A stretch of DNA of 64,000 nt from Bacteroidales bacterium (GCA_021371855.1 JAJFVL010000052.1:72969-136968); one strand, 5' to 3'; shown: positions 20,299 through 29,622, counted from the first letter of the stretch. Numbers and translations are program-made. Notes: generated from the letters alone by a model not told the origin.

Positions 20299-21324
20299 AT
20301 GAATATTGAGAGGCGATTAGTCAGGAAAGATTCTCTTGAAAAGCTTTTTGACATTTTAAGGCAAAATAAAAAAACTGTTTTTGCACCCGTAATGAAAAAC
20401 GGGAAAGCTTCCTTTAAACCTGTCGGAAGTTTTTCCTCAATTGCGGAGGACTATATCCAGACAACACAATCTTCAAAAGAAGTAATTTTCCCAAGGGTGG
20501 AAAAATTTCTTGATTATGAAAAAAACGGCAAAGAAGTTTCCATTAAAGGATTTGATTATCAGAGTGTCACTGAAACAGTACTCTGGGGAGTAAGACCATG
20601 TGATACAATAGGATTCGGTACCCTGAATTCAATTTTTAACTGGGATTTTAAAGATGAAATTTTTAATGCCAGGTTATCTAAAACAATAATACTGAGCTTC
20701 AGTTGCAACAAATCTGATGATTATTGCTTCTGCACCTCTGTTGGAGGGAATCCTGGCAGCACAGCAGGTAGTGATATCCTGTTTACAAAACTTGGAGCAG
20801 ATGGCGATTATCTTGCTGAAGTAGTAACAGAAAAAGGTCAGGCTATTGTTGCTCTGGCTTCTGAACTATTCGAAAAAACAGAGTCTGTTGAAAAAGAAAA
20901 ATTTCTTGCCAATGTTCCTGTTAAATTTAATCAGGAAGAAATAAGAAAAAAACTCGAAAAATTCTTTAAGAGCAGTCAGTGGGTTGAACAGTCACTTAAA
21001 TGCCTTGGTTGTGGAGCCTGTGCCTTTGTATGCCCAACATGTGCATGCTTTGATATCCAGGACGATGCTCATGGAAAAATAGGATCAAGAATGAGATGTT
21101 GGGATTCCTGCGGATACTCACAATTTACAGTTCATACGTCAGGTCATAATCCGCGATCAGTTCAATCACAGAGATGGAGACAGCGTATTATGCACAAATT
21201 CTCATATATGCCGGAGAGACTCTCAGTGTATGGTTGTACCGGATGCGGACGTTGTTCAAGGGCATGCCCTGCAGATATGAATATTCTTGAACATTTAATT
21301 TCTATTCAGGAGGTTAAGATATGA
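20299..21324 (+). CDS. FlxB/AsrA-like iron-sulfur subunit
   Basis: 341 aa with motifs CLGCGACAFVCPTCAC and CTGCGRCSRACP. It resembles anaerobic sulfite reductase subunit A / FlxB-type proteins. Confidence 0.65.
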   Translation: MNIERRLVRKDSLEKLFDILRQNKKTVFAPVMKNGKASFKPVGSFSSIAEDYIQTTQSSKEVIFPRVEKFLDYEKNGKEVSIKGFDYQSVTETVLWGVRPCDTIGFGTLNSIFNWDFKDEIFNARLSKTIILSFSCNKSDDYCFCTSVGGNPGSTAGSDILFTKLGADGDYLAEVVTEKGQAIVALASELFEKTESVEKEKFLANVPVKFNQEEIRKKLEKFFKSSQWVEQSLKCLGCGACAFVCPTCACFDIQDDAHGKIGSRMRCWDSCGYSQFTVHTSGHNPRSVQSQRWRQRIMHKFSYMPERLSVYGCTGCGRCSRACPADMNILEHLISIQEVKI

Positions 21325-22157
21325 TTGACAGTTTATATATGCCTTACCTTATGAGGATTGAAAAAATCACTTGTGAGGCACCAGGAGTAAAAACATTCAT
21401 GCTGAAGTTTGTGAATGAGGAGGATCAGAATAATTTCGCTTTCAAAGCGGGTCAGTTTGGCGAATATTCTGTATTTGGAGAAGGGGAGTCTACTTTTTGC
21501 ATTGCTTCTTCTCCGACACGCAAAGGATACATCGAATGTACTTTCCGTCAGTCTGGCAAGGTTACCAATGCTCTTGCCGGATGTGAGGAGGGAAGCGTGA
21601 TCGGGTTCCGTGGACCTTATGGAAATATTTTTCCTCTCGATGAGTGGAAAGGGAAAAATATTCTTTTTATTGCAGGGGGAATTGCTTTGCCACCAATGCG
21701 TTGCGTCATCTGGAATGCTCTTGACACCAGGGAGAATTTTAAAGACATTACAATCGTTTATGGTGCAAAATCAGTTAATGACCTTGTTTATAAAAATGAA
21801 CTGAAAGAGTGGGAGATCCGTGATGATGTCAGGCTGGTAACGACAGTGGATCCGGGAGGTGAAACACCTGACTGGAAAGGTGAGGTCGGATTTGTTCCTT
21901 CGATTGTTGAAAAGATCGCCCCTTCAGCTGAAAATACTGTTGCAGTTGTATGCGGACCGCCTGTTATGATAAAATTCACATTCCCGGTTCTTGCCAAACT
22001 TGGGTTCAGGGATGAGAATGTTTTTACCACACTCGAAAACCGCATGAAATGCGGCTTTGGTAAATGCGGTCATTGCAATGTTGGTAAAGTATATGTTTGC
22101 AAGGATGGTCCCGTATTTACTCAGGCGCAGCTGAAAGAATTGCCGGACGAATACTGA
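21321..22157 (+). CDS. FlxA/AsrB-like FAD/NAD(P)-binding oxidoreductase with C-terminal 2Fe-2S site
   Basis: 278 aa with a ferredoxin-reductase-type fold (FKAGQF, FCIASSP, ILFIAGGIALPP) and a C-terminal CGFGKCGHC...C motif. It has an ATGA start/stop overlap with the previous gene. AGGAGG (21308-21313) lies 7 nt upstream of the ATG. Confidence 0.75.
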   Translation: MIDSLYMPYLMRIEKITCEAPGVKTFMLKFVNEEDQNNFAFKAGQFGEYSVFGEGESTFCIASSPTRKGYIECTFRQSGKVTNALAGCEEGSVIGFRGPYGNIFPLDEWKGKNILFIAGGIALPPMRCVIWNALDTRENFKDITIVYGAKSVNDLVYKNELKEWEIRDDVRLVTTVDPGGETPDWKGEVGFVPSIVEKIAPSAENTVAVVCGPPVMIKFTFPVLAKLGFRDENVFTTLENRMKCGFGKCGHCNVGKVYVCKDGPVFTQAQLKELPDEY

Positions 22158-22163
22158 TTATTA

Positions 22164-22254
22164 GGCCGTATATGTTATAGAGGCTATAGAGGCTATAGAA
22201 GCTATAGAAGCCTTATAAGCTGGCCGTTACGGCCTCTACAGCCTCTACAACCTC
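22164..22254. repeat. Intergenic 9-bp tandem repeats embedded in an imperfect inverted repeat (probable bidirectional termination structure)
   Basis: The tandem units are TATAGAGGC x2, TATAGAAGC x2 and CTTATAAGC. They are followed by the palindrome GGCCGTTACGGCC and then TCTACAGCC and TCTACAACC, which are near reverse complements of the left-hand units. GGCCGTA (22164-22170) can also pair with TACGGCC (22228-22234). The structure lies between convergent genes ending at 22157 and 22260. Confidence 0.6.
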
Positions 22255-22259
22255 ATTAA

Positions 22260-23024
22260 TCATTCTGAGATAAATATCTCTTCCGGGTATTCAATATCAA
22301 CAAGGAACAGTCCTTTTGCTGGAGCTGATTCCCCGGCTTTACAGCGGTCTTTGGCAACAATGATATCTTCAAATTCTTTAAGAGTAATTTTACCTAAGCC
22401 GATATCAACTATTGTTCCGACTATTGCTCTTACCATGTTCCTGAGAAAACGGTCGGCCCTGATTGTGAATACTAAACGGTTATCAACTTCTTCCCATGAG
22501 GCCTTATATATTTTGCAGAAATTGGTTTTTGTATCAGAATGAAGTTTGCTGAAACTGGTAAAATCAGAATGACTTAATAATAATCCACATGCGTCATTCA
22601 TTGCTGTAACATCAATTTTCCCATGAAGAAACCAGCTTGAATTATCAAAGAACGGATCTTTGACCCGTGAAATATAATACTTGTAAGTTCTGGATATGGC
22701 ACTGTATCTGGCATTTGCATCCGGACCTACTTTCCTTATAGTATTAACTGAAATGTCCTTTGGAAGGTATCGGTTGAGCCTGAATATAAGATTATTATTT
22801 TTTGAAGAGAGATCCCGGGAAATACTTTCGAAATGGGCACAGAAATAAATTGCATGGACTCCGGCATCTGTTCTTCCTGCACCAATAGTAGAGATTTTTT
22901 CACCAAGAATTATACTTAAAGCATCTTCAAGAATTTTCTGCACCGTAACAGAGTTAGGTTGGATTTGCCAACCGTGATAGGAAGTTCCTTTGTATGAGAT
23001 GAATATAAAGTATCTTGTTTTCAC
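22260..23024 (-). CDS. truA: tRNA pseudouridine(38-40) synthase
   Basis: 254 aa with a GTG start and the GAGRTDAGVHA catalytic-Asp motif. Confidence 0.95.
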   Translation of the reverse strand: MKTRYFIFISYKGTSYHGWQIQPNSVTVQKILEDALSIILGEKISTIGAGRTDAGVHAIYFCAHFESISRDLSSKNNNLIFRLNRYLPKDISVNTIRKVGPDANARYSAISRTYKYYISRVKDPFFDNSSWFLHGKIDVTAMNDACGLLLSHSDFTSFSKLHSDTKTNFCKIYKASWEEVDNRLVFTIRADRFLRNMVRAIVGTIVDIGLGKITLKEFEDIIVAKDRCKAGESAPAKGLFLVDIEYPEEIFISE

Positions 23025-23208
23025 ATGTCTGTTTCTGCAAATATAACTATTCAGAAAATATTTAATTGAATCAAATTGAAACTAAAAAAAACCATTTTAT
23101 TCTTTGAAAACCGATCATTAAATGTATTTTTACTAGCATTGCTTTATAGCCGCTGAGCTTATATAGTAGTAGTAACAGTAATATATAAAAATCTTAAATT
23201 TTTAAATT

Positions 23209-24933
23209 ATGAGACTTGAATTGACGTGGATAGATTATTTAATTATGATAATCTATTTTGTTTTTGTGATTGGTATTGGCTGGTTCCTTAAAAAATACAT
23301 GAAGAACGCCAATGCATTTCTTGAAGCCGGCAGGTCGATGCCAGCATGGGTGGCTGGATTGGCATTTATATCCACAAACCTTGGAGCTCTGGAAGTAATG
23401 GGTATGTCAGGTTCCGGTATGAAATATGGAATGTTAACTGCACATTTTTTCTGGGTTGGAGCTATACCAGCCATGATTTTTCTTGCTTTGTTTATGATGC
23501 CATTTTATTATGGATCAAAAGCCCGTTCGGTACCTGAGTTCCTGAAACTCCGGTACGATGAAAAAACCAGAGCCCTGAATGCAATACTTTTTGCAGTTAT
23601 GACAGTTCTGGCTTCCGGAATTTCAATGTACGCTCTGGCAATACTTATGGAGAATGTGTTGGGATGGCCTTTCGATCTGAGTCTCTGGATCTCAGCTTTA
23701 ATTGTATTATGTTATACCTATCTTGGAGGGTTATCTTCAGCAATTTACAATGAGGTTCTTCAATTTTTTATAATAGTTATAGGACTTCTTCCACTTGTAG
23801 TCTTAAGTCTGCAGGATGTCGGCGGCTGGGCAGGATTAAAGTCTTCCCTTGCTCCTATAGCAACAGCTAATGGTTATGCTCCGGATGTATATACCACTAC
23901 ATGGAGTCATGCAGGTCAAGCTAACACTAACCCTATGGGTACTGCTTGGTATGGCATCTTTTTCGGACTCGGCTTTGTATTGTCATTTGGGTATTGGTGT
24001 ACAAATTTTCTTATTGTTCAGAGAGCATTTGCTGCAGAAAATGTAAATGCTGCAAGAAAAGTACCTCTTATCGGGGCTATTCCGAAAATGTTTATTCCGT
24101 TCCTGATTATTGTTCCGGGGATTATTGCCCTGGTTCTGTTTAATGATCCCTCAAAAAACTTTACTTTACCCCTCGACGCAAGCGGCAAGCCAATTTATGA
24201 TTACACAATTATCATGCTGTTGAAACAATACCTTCCGGCCGGAGTGCTTGGTCTTGGTATTACAGCTTTGCTGGCATCATTTATGTCCGGAATGGCCGGT
24301 AATGTATCAGCATTCAATACAGTATGGACTTATGACATTTATGGGAGCTATATCCGGAAACCGACCGGTAACGAAGAAGCTGATGGGAAACATTATCTTC
24401 ATGTTGGTCGTATTACTACTATAGTCGGTGTCCTTTTAAGTATTTGCGCTGCATATATTGCCACCAAGTTTGGAAATATCATGGATTTTCTTCAGACAAT
24501 CTTCTCGATGATCAACGCTCCTTTGTTTGCTGTCATCTTCCTTGGTATGTTCTGGAAAAGAACTACTGGTCATGCTGCATTTTCAGGACTTTTGATTGGT
24601 TTCCTGAGTGCACTTTTACATCATGGGCTTACTGCTCCGGTTGGCGCTACAACACTTGTGAAAGGCGGTTGGATAACCGTATTACATACTTATCCTGTCG
24701 AAATGGCACAGAACTTCTGGACCGCTATAATAGCTTGTAGTATCGCAACCCTGGTTACTGTTGGGATTTCCATTGTCACAAAACGGAAAAAATCTGATGC
24801 TGATTTGAAAGGTCTTGTATATTCTCTTACTCCAAGGTTGGTTGAAGAGAATGTTCCATGGTATCAGCGTCCATCCGGTCTTGCAGTAATTGTTGGTGTA
24901 ATTTTTCTAGTATTAACAATAATGTTCTGGTAG
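23209..24933 (+). CDS. Sodium:solute symporter family transporter (SGLT-like)
   Basis: 574 aa with roughly 13-14 hydrophobic helices and sequence character of the SSS family. The substrate cannot be inferred. Confidence 0.9.
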   Translation: MRLELTWIDYLIMIIYFVFVIGIGWFLKKYMKNANAFLEAGRSMPAWVAGLAFISTNLGALEVMGMSGSGMKYGMLTAHFFWVGAIPAMIFLALFMMPFYYGSKARSVPEFLKLRYDEKTRALNAILFAVMTVLASGISMYALAILMENVLGWPFDLSLWISALIVLCYTYLGGLSSAIYNEVLQFFIIVIGLLPLVVLSLQDVGGWAGLKSSLAPIATANGYAPDVYTTTWSHAGQANTNPMGTAWYGIFFGLGFVLSFGYWCTNFLIVQRAFAAENVNAARKVPLIGAIPKMFIPFLIIVPGIIALVLFNDPSKNFTLPLDASGKPIYDYTIIMLLKQYLPAGVLGLGITALLASFMSGMAGNVSAFNTVWTYDIYGSYIRKPTGNEEADGKHYLHVGRITTIVGVLLSICAAYIATKFGNIMDFLQTIFSMINAPLFAVIFLGMFWKRTTGHAAFSGLLIGFLSALLHHGLTAPVGATTLVKGGWITVLHTYPVEMAQNFWTAIIACSIATLVTVGISIVTKRKKSDADLKGLVYSLTPRLVEENVPWYQRPSGLAVIVGVIFLVLTIMFW

Positions 24934-24945
24934 GAGGAAAATAAA

Positions 24946-25146
24946 ATGGTTGATATAAGAATCCCAATAGGGTTTATGTTCTCAATTCTTGGCGTATTGA
25001 TAACAGTTTTTGGTCTGACTACAATATCAGATACCGAAATGTATGTTAAATCGCTTGGCACAAATGTTAATATCATTATGGGCCTTCTAATGCTTGTCTT
25101 TGGTCTGGTCATGCTTTATTTTGCCTGGAAAAAGAAGAAAGCATAA
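24946..25146 (+). CDS. Small two-helix membrane protein, possible symporter accessory subunit
   Basis: 66 aa with two hydrophobic helices. It starts 12 nt after the symporter stop and is followed by a terminator. Coding status is inferred from position and hydrophobicity only. Confidence 0.5.
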   Translation: MVDIRIPIGFMFSILGVLITVFGLTTISDTEMYVKSLGTNVNIIMGLLMLVFGLVMLYFAWKKKKA

Positions 25147-25163
25147 GACTAAATTATTATAAA

Positions 25164-25218
25164 ATAACCGTCAGGAACATAAAGCATGATCCTTTATGCT
25201 CTCGGCGGTTATTTTTTT
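25164..25218 (+). terminator. Intrinsic terminator after the symporter operon
   Basis: A compound hairpin: ATAACCG...CGGTTAT encloses CATAAAG-CATGATC-CTTTATG. A T7 run follows. Confidence 0.7.
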
Positions 25219-25240
25219 GTAAAATTTTATTTGTGGAAAT

Positions 25241-26278
25241 ATGAAAAATAATATAGGAAAAAGAGGATTTGCCAGCGATAATAATGCAGGAGTTCATCCA
25301 GAGATATTAAAGGAGATGATATCAGTAAATGTAGGGCATGTGACTGGCTATGGTTCCGATATTTGTACAGAAAGAGCTTTAAGTATTTTTAAAGAGCAGT
25401 TTGGCAGTTCAACGGAGGTATTTTTTGTATTTACGGGAACAGCGGCTAATGTGCTGGGCCTTTCTGCAATTACACGATCGTGGAATTCAATCATCACTGC
25501 TTCCACAGCTCATATTGAACAGGATGAATGTGGCGCACCTGAAAAATTCATTGGATGTAAAGTACTGACAGTTGATACTCCTGATGGGAAGGTCACAACA
25601 GATCTGATTGAGAAGCATATGCATGGATTCGATTTTGAGCATCATGCACAGCCAAAAGTCATTTCAATAACACAGGTTACTGAAATGGGAACAGTTTATA
25701 CGGTTCAGGAAATAAAGAGGATAGCCGATTATGCTCATTCAAGAGGTCTGCTTCTTCATATGGATGGGGCCAGACTTGCTAATGCTGCTGTTTCGCTTAA
25801 TGTCAGCTTCAGAGAGATGACTACTGATGCTGGTGTTGATGTCCTCTCTTTTGGGGGTACAAAGAACGGTCTGATGGCAGGGGAGGCCATCTGCTTCCTG
25901 AGTCAGGGCCATTCTCAGTATTTTAAATATATAAGGAAACAAGGGATGCAGCTTGCTTCGAAAATGAGGTTTATCTCAGCTCAGTATATTGCTTATTTCC
26001 ATAATGATCTTTGGAAAAGATGTGCTTCTCATTCAAATGCAATGGCAACTGTGCTTGCTGATGAATTAAGAAAATTGCCAGGAATAAATATCACACAATC
26101 TGTACAATCGAACGGAATTTTTGTAGTTATTCCACGTGAAGTGGCAGAAAGAGTAATGCAAAAATATTTTTTCTATCCCTGGAATGAGAAAACCTCTGAG
26201 TACAGGCTTATGACAAGTTGGGATACAACTGAGGAAGATATTGAAGGGTTTATATCACTTCTGAAGGAAGAACTGTAA
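25241..26278 (+). CDS. ltaE: Low-specificity L-threonine aldolase / beta-eliminating lyase family protein
   Basis: 345 aa with motifs FASDNNAGVHPEI, HMDGARLANA and FGGTKNG (PLP lysine context). Confidence 0.85.
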   Translation: MKNNIGKRGFASDNNAGVHPEILKEMISVNVGHVTGYGSDICTERALSIFKEQFGSSTEVFFVFTGTAANVLGLSAITRSWNSIITASTAHIEQDECGAPEKFIGCKVLTVDTPDGKVTTDLIEKHMHGFDFEHHAQPKVISITQVTEMGTVYTVQEIKRIADYAHSRGLLLHMDGARLANAAVSLNVSFREMTTDAGVDVLSFGGTKNGLMAGEAICFLSQGHSQYFKYIRKQGMQLASKMRFISAQYIAYFHNDLWKRCASHSNAMATVLADELRKLPGINITQSVQSNGIFVVIPREVAERVMQKYFFYPWNEKTSEYRLMTSWDTTEEDIEGFISLLKEEL

Positions 26279-26404
26279 TTTTTTTTCAATACAATTCACA
26301 ACCAATACCATAGTCATAAGTTCATGGAAATTTTGATAAGATTTCATCTGCGGCTCTTTCAGTGTCTGTATGCAAAATATGATGATTAATTGAAACAATT
26401 GGTA

Positions 26405-26443
26405 ATAAAAAAGGCTGAATCATTCGATCCAGCCTTTTTTTTA
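26405..26443. terminator. Bidirectional intrinsic terminator
   Basis: AAAAAAGGCTG-(12-nt loop)-CAGCCTTTTTTTT sits between the convergent ltaE and tonB genes, with an A-run on one side and a T-run on the other. Confidence 0.7.
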
Positions 26444-26462
26444 TAATCTAAAAAATGAGATT

Positions 26463-27242
26463 TTACTTGAGTGTAAATGTAATTGGCACCATATACCATA
26501 CTGGAACAGGTTTTCCTCCCTGTTTACCAGGTTTAAATGGCGGAAGAGAATTGACAACCCTGATTGCTTCAGCATCCAGTTCGGGGTCAACACCTTTCAA
26601 AACACTTACTTGATTTACACCACCCTTAGCAGTCACACAGAATCTGATGATTACTCTACCCTGAATGTTATTTTCTTTAGCAATTTCAGGATACTCAACA
26701 TGTTCTGCAATATATTTCAGAAGTTCACCTTCTCCGCCAGGAAACATAGGCATCTCTTCTACAACCACAAATGGTTCAGGTTCAGCCTCTTCCTGTACTT
26801 CTTCTTTAACCTCCTGCACAACTTCAATTGTTACTTCTTCGTTTTTAACTTCAACCTGTGCCTGATCAGCTGTCATAAACTTGGCAGCTTCTTCAGGTTT
26901 AACAGAGTCAACAACTACAGGAGGTACATATTTTGCCTGTTGTATCACGTCCGAAGGGGGAGGAGGAGGAGGAGGAGGAGGAGCAACAATATCTGTTGGC
27001 GTGTCCAGATTCTCCATCTTGATCTCTACCTGTCTTTGCGCACGTTTTGCTTTACTTTCCAATGCTTTTGCATTCAGATACGGTGTAATAATAGCAGTAC
27101 TTATGATAACAACTCCTATTACAATTGCAATGATCATGTTACGATTGTACTTTTTACGCAGGCTATATGCTCCGTATTCCTTGTTCCTTGTCTCGAAAAC
27201 AATGTCATCGAAGGCAGGCGCTTTAATTTTTCCTTTTGCCAT
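26463..27242 (-). CDS. tonB: Energy transducer TonB
   Basis: 259 aa. It has an N-terminal anchor helix, a Pro-rich spacer (VAPPPPPPPPPSD), a charged linker, and a C-terminal TonB domain (GRVIIRFCVTAKGGV). Confidence 0.9.
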   Translation of the reverse strand: MAKGKIKAPAFDDIVFETRNKEYGAYSLRKKYNRNMIIAIVIGVVIISTAIITPYLNAKALESKAKRAQRQVEIKMENLDTPTDIVAPPPPPPPPPSDVIQQAKYVPPVVVDSVKPEEAAKFMTADQAQVEVKNEEVTIEVVQEVKEEVQEEAEPEPFVVVEEMPMFPGGEGELLKYIAEHVEYPEIAKENNIQGRVIIRFCVTAKGGVNQVSVLKGVDPELDAEAIRVVNSLPPFKPGKQGGKPVPVWYMVPITFTLK

Positions 27243-27261
27243 ATTCTTATAGGTTTACGGG

Positions 27262-27945
27262 TTATTTGGTTGAAGCAGTAGCAGTAGAAGGAATGCCAGC
27301 GGCAGCTTCTACCATCTTTTCTTCATACCACGTAATATCAACAAACGTATAACGTGCAATTCCGCAAATATTCATCTCATCGAGAATATCGACAAAATTA
27401 CCGTAGGTAGCTTTTTTATAAGCCTTGATAAGAACAATCGGGCCGGTATCATCATCCTTTTTTAATTGACTGATGGCACCTCTCAGTGAATCCTGGCTTA
27501 TAACAAGTTTACCTGATACAACCTGCTGACTAAAATCATTGATCTTCTTAAAAAGAGCTCTGTTCCTTTCGAGTAACATCTGACGAATACCGCTTGCGCT
27601 GAAATCAGTTTCCTGCATAGGAGGAAGATTATTGTATTCTTCAGGTTTTACAGTTCCGGGATACCAGTAAATTTTATTGTCAGGACCAAGAACTATGTTC
27701 AGGGTACGGCTGGCTGATATCTTTGGAGCTTCTTGCTTCGTTGGGTCCTTGATCTTCTCAGGAAGATTTATCTCCATGACTTTAGCTTTGCTCATACTTG
27801 TTGTCAGCATGAAGAATGTGACAAGCAGACACATAAGGTCAACCATAGGTGTCATGTCAATATGCGGGGTACCCTTATGACCTTTCTTCTTTCCCCCTTT
27901 TTCAGCTTGAATTATTTCTGCCATATCACTTCTGTATTTCTTCAA
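27262..27945 (-). CDS. exbD: Biopolymer transporter ExbD/TolR family
   Basis: 227-aa ORF with the IDMTPMVDLMCLL TM motif. Starting at Met8 (27924) would avoid the 20-nt overlap with the upstream exbD. Confidence 0.9.
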   Translation of the reverse strand: MKKYRSDMAEIIQAEKGGKKKGHKGTPHIDMTPMVDLMCLLVTFFMLTTSMSKAKVMEINLPEKIKDPTKQEAPKISASRTLNIVLGPDNKIYWYPGTVKPEEYNNLPPMQETDFSASGIRQMLLERNRALFKKINDFSQQVVSGKLVISQDSLRGAISQLKKDDDTGPIVLIKAYKKATYGNFVDILDEMNICGIARYTFVDITWYEEKMVEAAAGIPSTATASTK

Positions 27946-28564
27946 GGTTTATTTTAGCTGCTTCAAGACTCGTAATCAGATTAAACTTGTTTACATTCTT
28001 TTCTTGAAGTATATCCAGGACTTTCTTAACAATGGGGAAACCTGTTTTTGAGTCTCCTTTTATACAAGCCTGAATATTCGGATTTACCTGACGGGCATAG
28101 AGTATCCACATTGCCAATTGATTATCAGTGGAATCAATTGGAATTCCTGTTTGAAAGACTTCCCTGGCTTTAAATTCCGGAGTATTTAAAAAGTCTTTCA
28201 TTTTGTTCATAGGAACTCCCATGGCTGATGGATATTTTTCAAATTCCAATTGTTCTGCCTCGGTGAATTCAATACCGTATCTTTTACCCATTTCAGCCAG
28301 AATTTTTGGTCTGAATTTTAACAGGGTATCAGGTCCGTTATCAAAATTCATAAAGACTCTTTCATCAGTTGACAAAAGGAACGTCATCATGTTAAAATCA
28401 GGTGTCGGTTTTTCTGATATTGAATAGGGCGTATCAACAGTAACAGGTTCTTGTTGTCTCATCGTTGTGGTCATCATAAGAAATGTCAGAAGCACAGAGA
28501 AGAGGTCAACCATCGGTGTCATGTCGATTCGTGGCGACGTATGTGTTAATTTAATTTTTGGCAT
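27926..28564 (-). CDS. exbD: Biopolymer transporter ExbD/TolR family (second paralog)
   Basis: 212 aa with the RIDMTPMVDLFSVLL motif. Confidence 0.9.
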   Translation of the reverse strand: MPKIKLTHTSPRIDMTPMVDLFSVLLTFLMMTTTMRQQEPVTVDTPYSISEKPTPDFNMMTFLLSTDERVFMNFDNGPDTLLKFRPKILAEMGKRYGIEFTEAEQLEFEKYPSAMGVPMNKMKDFLNTPEFKAREVFQTGIPIDSTDNQLAMWILYARQVNPNIQACIKGDSKTGFPIVKKVLDILQEKNVNKFNLITSLEAAKINLEEIQK

Positions 28565-28608
28565 CTTAATTTTTTCTTTAGTGGTTACACTAAAATGTAA
28601 ATTTTAAA

Positions 28609-29427
28609 TTAATTATTCCTTAATGATGCAGCAAAATTCTGTGTCAGGCTGAAACCTGCTTCGTCAATTTTAAATGTATAAGCGTCAATTGTTGTTGAGA
28701 AATAATTAAATGCAATGATTGATAATGTTGATCCTGAAATACCGAATGCAGTATTAACAAGAGCTTCTGAAATACCGGTTGACAGAGCGAGAGCATCTGG
28801 AGCACCAGACTGTGCCAGAGCAGCAAATGCACGGATCATTCCTAATACTGTACCAATAAGACCGATCAACACTGAAATTGATGCCAGAGTTGAGAAAAAT
28901 ACCATGTTCTTTGACAACATAGGTGTTTCAAGAGCTGTGGCTTCTTCAAATGCTTTCTGAATCGAAAGGATCTTCTGATCTTTTTCAAGTTCAGTGTCTT
29001 TCTGAAGGTTACGATAACGTACAAGACCAGCTTTCATTACATTGGCAAGAGAACCTCTTTGTTTGTCGCATGCTTCAACTGCTTCTTCAATTTTATCATC
29101 AGCAAGCAGAGATTGCAGATTCCGGACAAAAGCATTTAACTGGCCTTTACCCTTTGCCCTTGTTAATGTGATGGTTCTTTCAATAGTAAAAATAATAAGA
29201 ACCAAAAGGCAGGTTATCAGAATAGGAACAATGAACCCTCCTTTATAAATAATTCCCAGGATATTACCTTCAAGTGGAGATCCTTTGGGATTGCCCCCTT
29301 CAAAGTTTACTGGATTACCCATTATATTGATGAACAATAAATAGGCTACTACAAAAGCTATAAGAATAGCACTTGCTGCAAAAACATTCTGCAACGAATC
29401 TTTTAACGAACTTCCTTGTTTACTCAT
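28609..29427 (-). CDS. exbB: MotA/TolQ/ExbB proton channel protein
   Basis: 272 aa with three TM helices and a conserved C-terminal region (LIGTVLGMIRAF...STGISEALVNTAFGI). Confidence 0.9.
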   Translation of the reverse strand: MSKQGSSLKDSLQNVFAASAILIAFVVAYLLFINIMGNPVNFEGGNPKGSPLEGNILGIIYKGGFIVPILITCLLVLIIFTIERTITLTRAKGKGQLNAFVRNLQSLLADDKIEEAVEACDKQRGSLANVMKAGLVRYRNLQKDTELEKDQKILSIQKAFEEATALETPMLSKNMVFFSTLASISVLIGLIGTVLGMIRAFAALAQSGAPDALALSTGISEALVNTAFGISGSTLSIIAFNYFSTTIDAYTFKIDEAGFSLTQNFAASLRNN

Positions 29428-29622
29428 TTTTTTATTGATTTGTTTAGGTTTAAGATTTTACGATTTGCAAATATATATTATGAATTGATTTTTTCCAATA
29501 AAGCAAAGAATAATGTTAACTTTTTAAGTGCAGTTTAGAATAATTCTCTAAACAGAAACCATATCAGAATGACACTATTCTTTATTATTTAACCTTTTAT
29601 TAAAAATATTAAGTCAACAATA

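Noticed and set aside
26610-27281. A 223-aa + strand ORF, plus ORFs at 26665-26865 and 26881-27252, lie opposite tonB. They include poly-Gly/poly-Arg runs.
   Set aside because: These are mirror images of the TonB Pro-rich and charged low-complexity linker. They show no start context and no recognisable fold, and tonB on the other strand is unambiguous.
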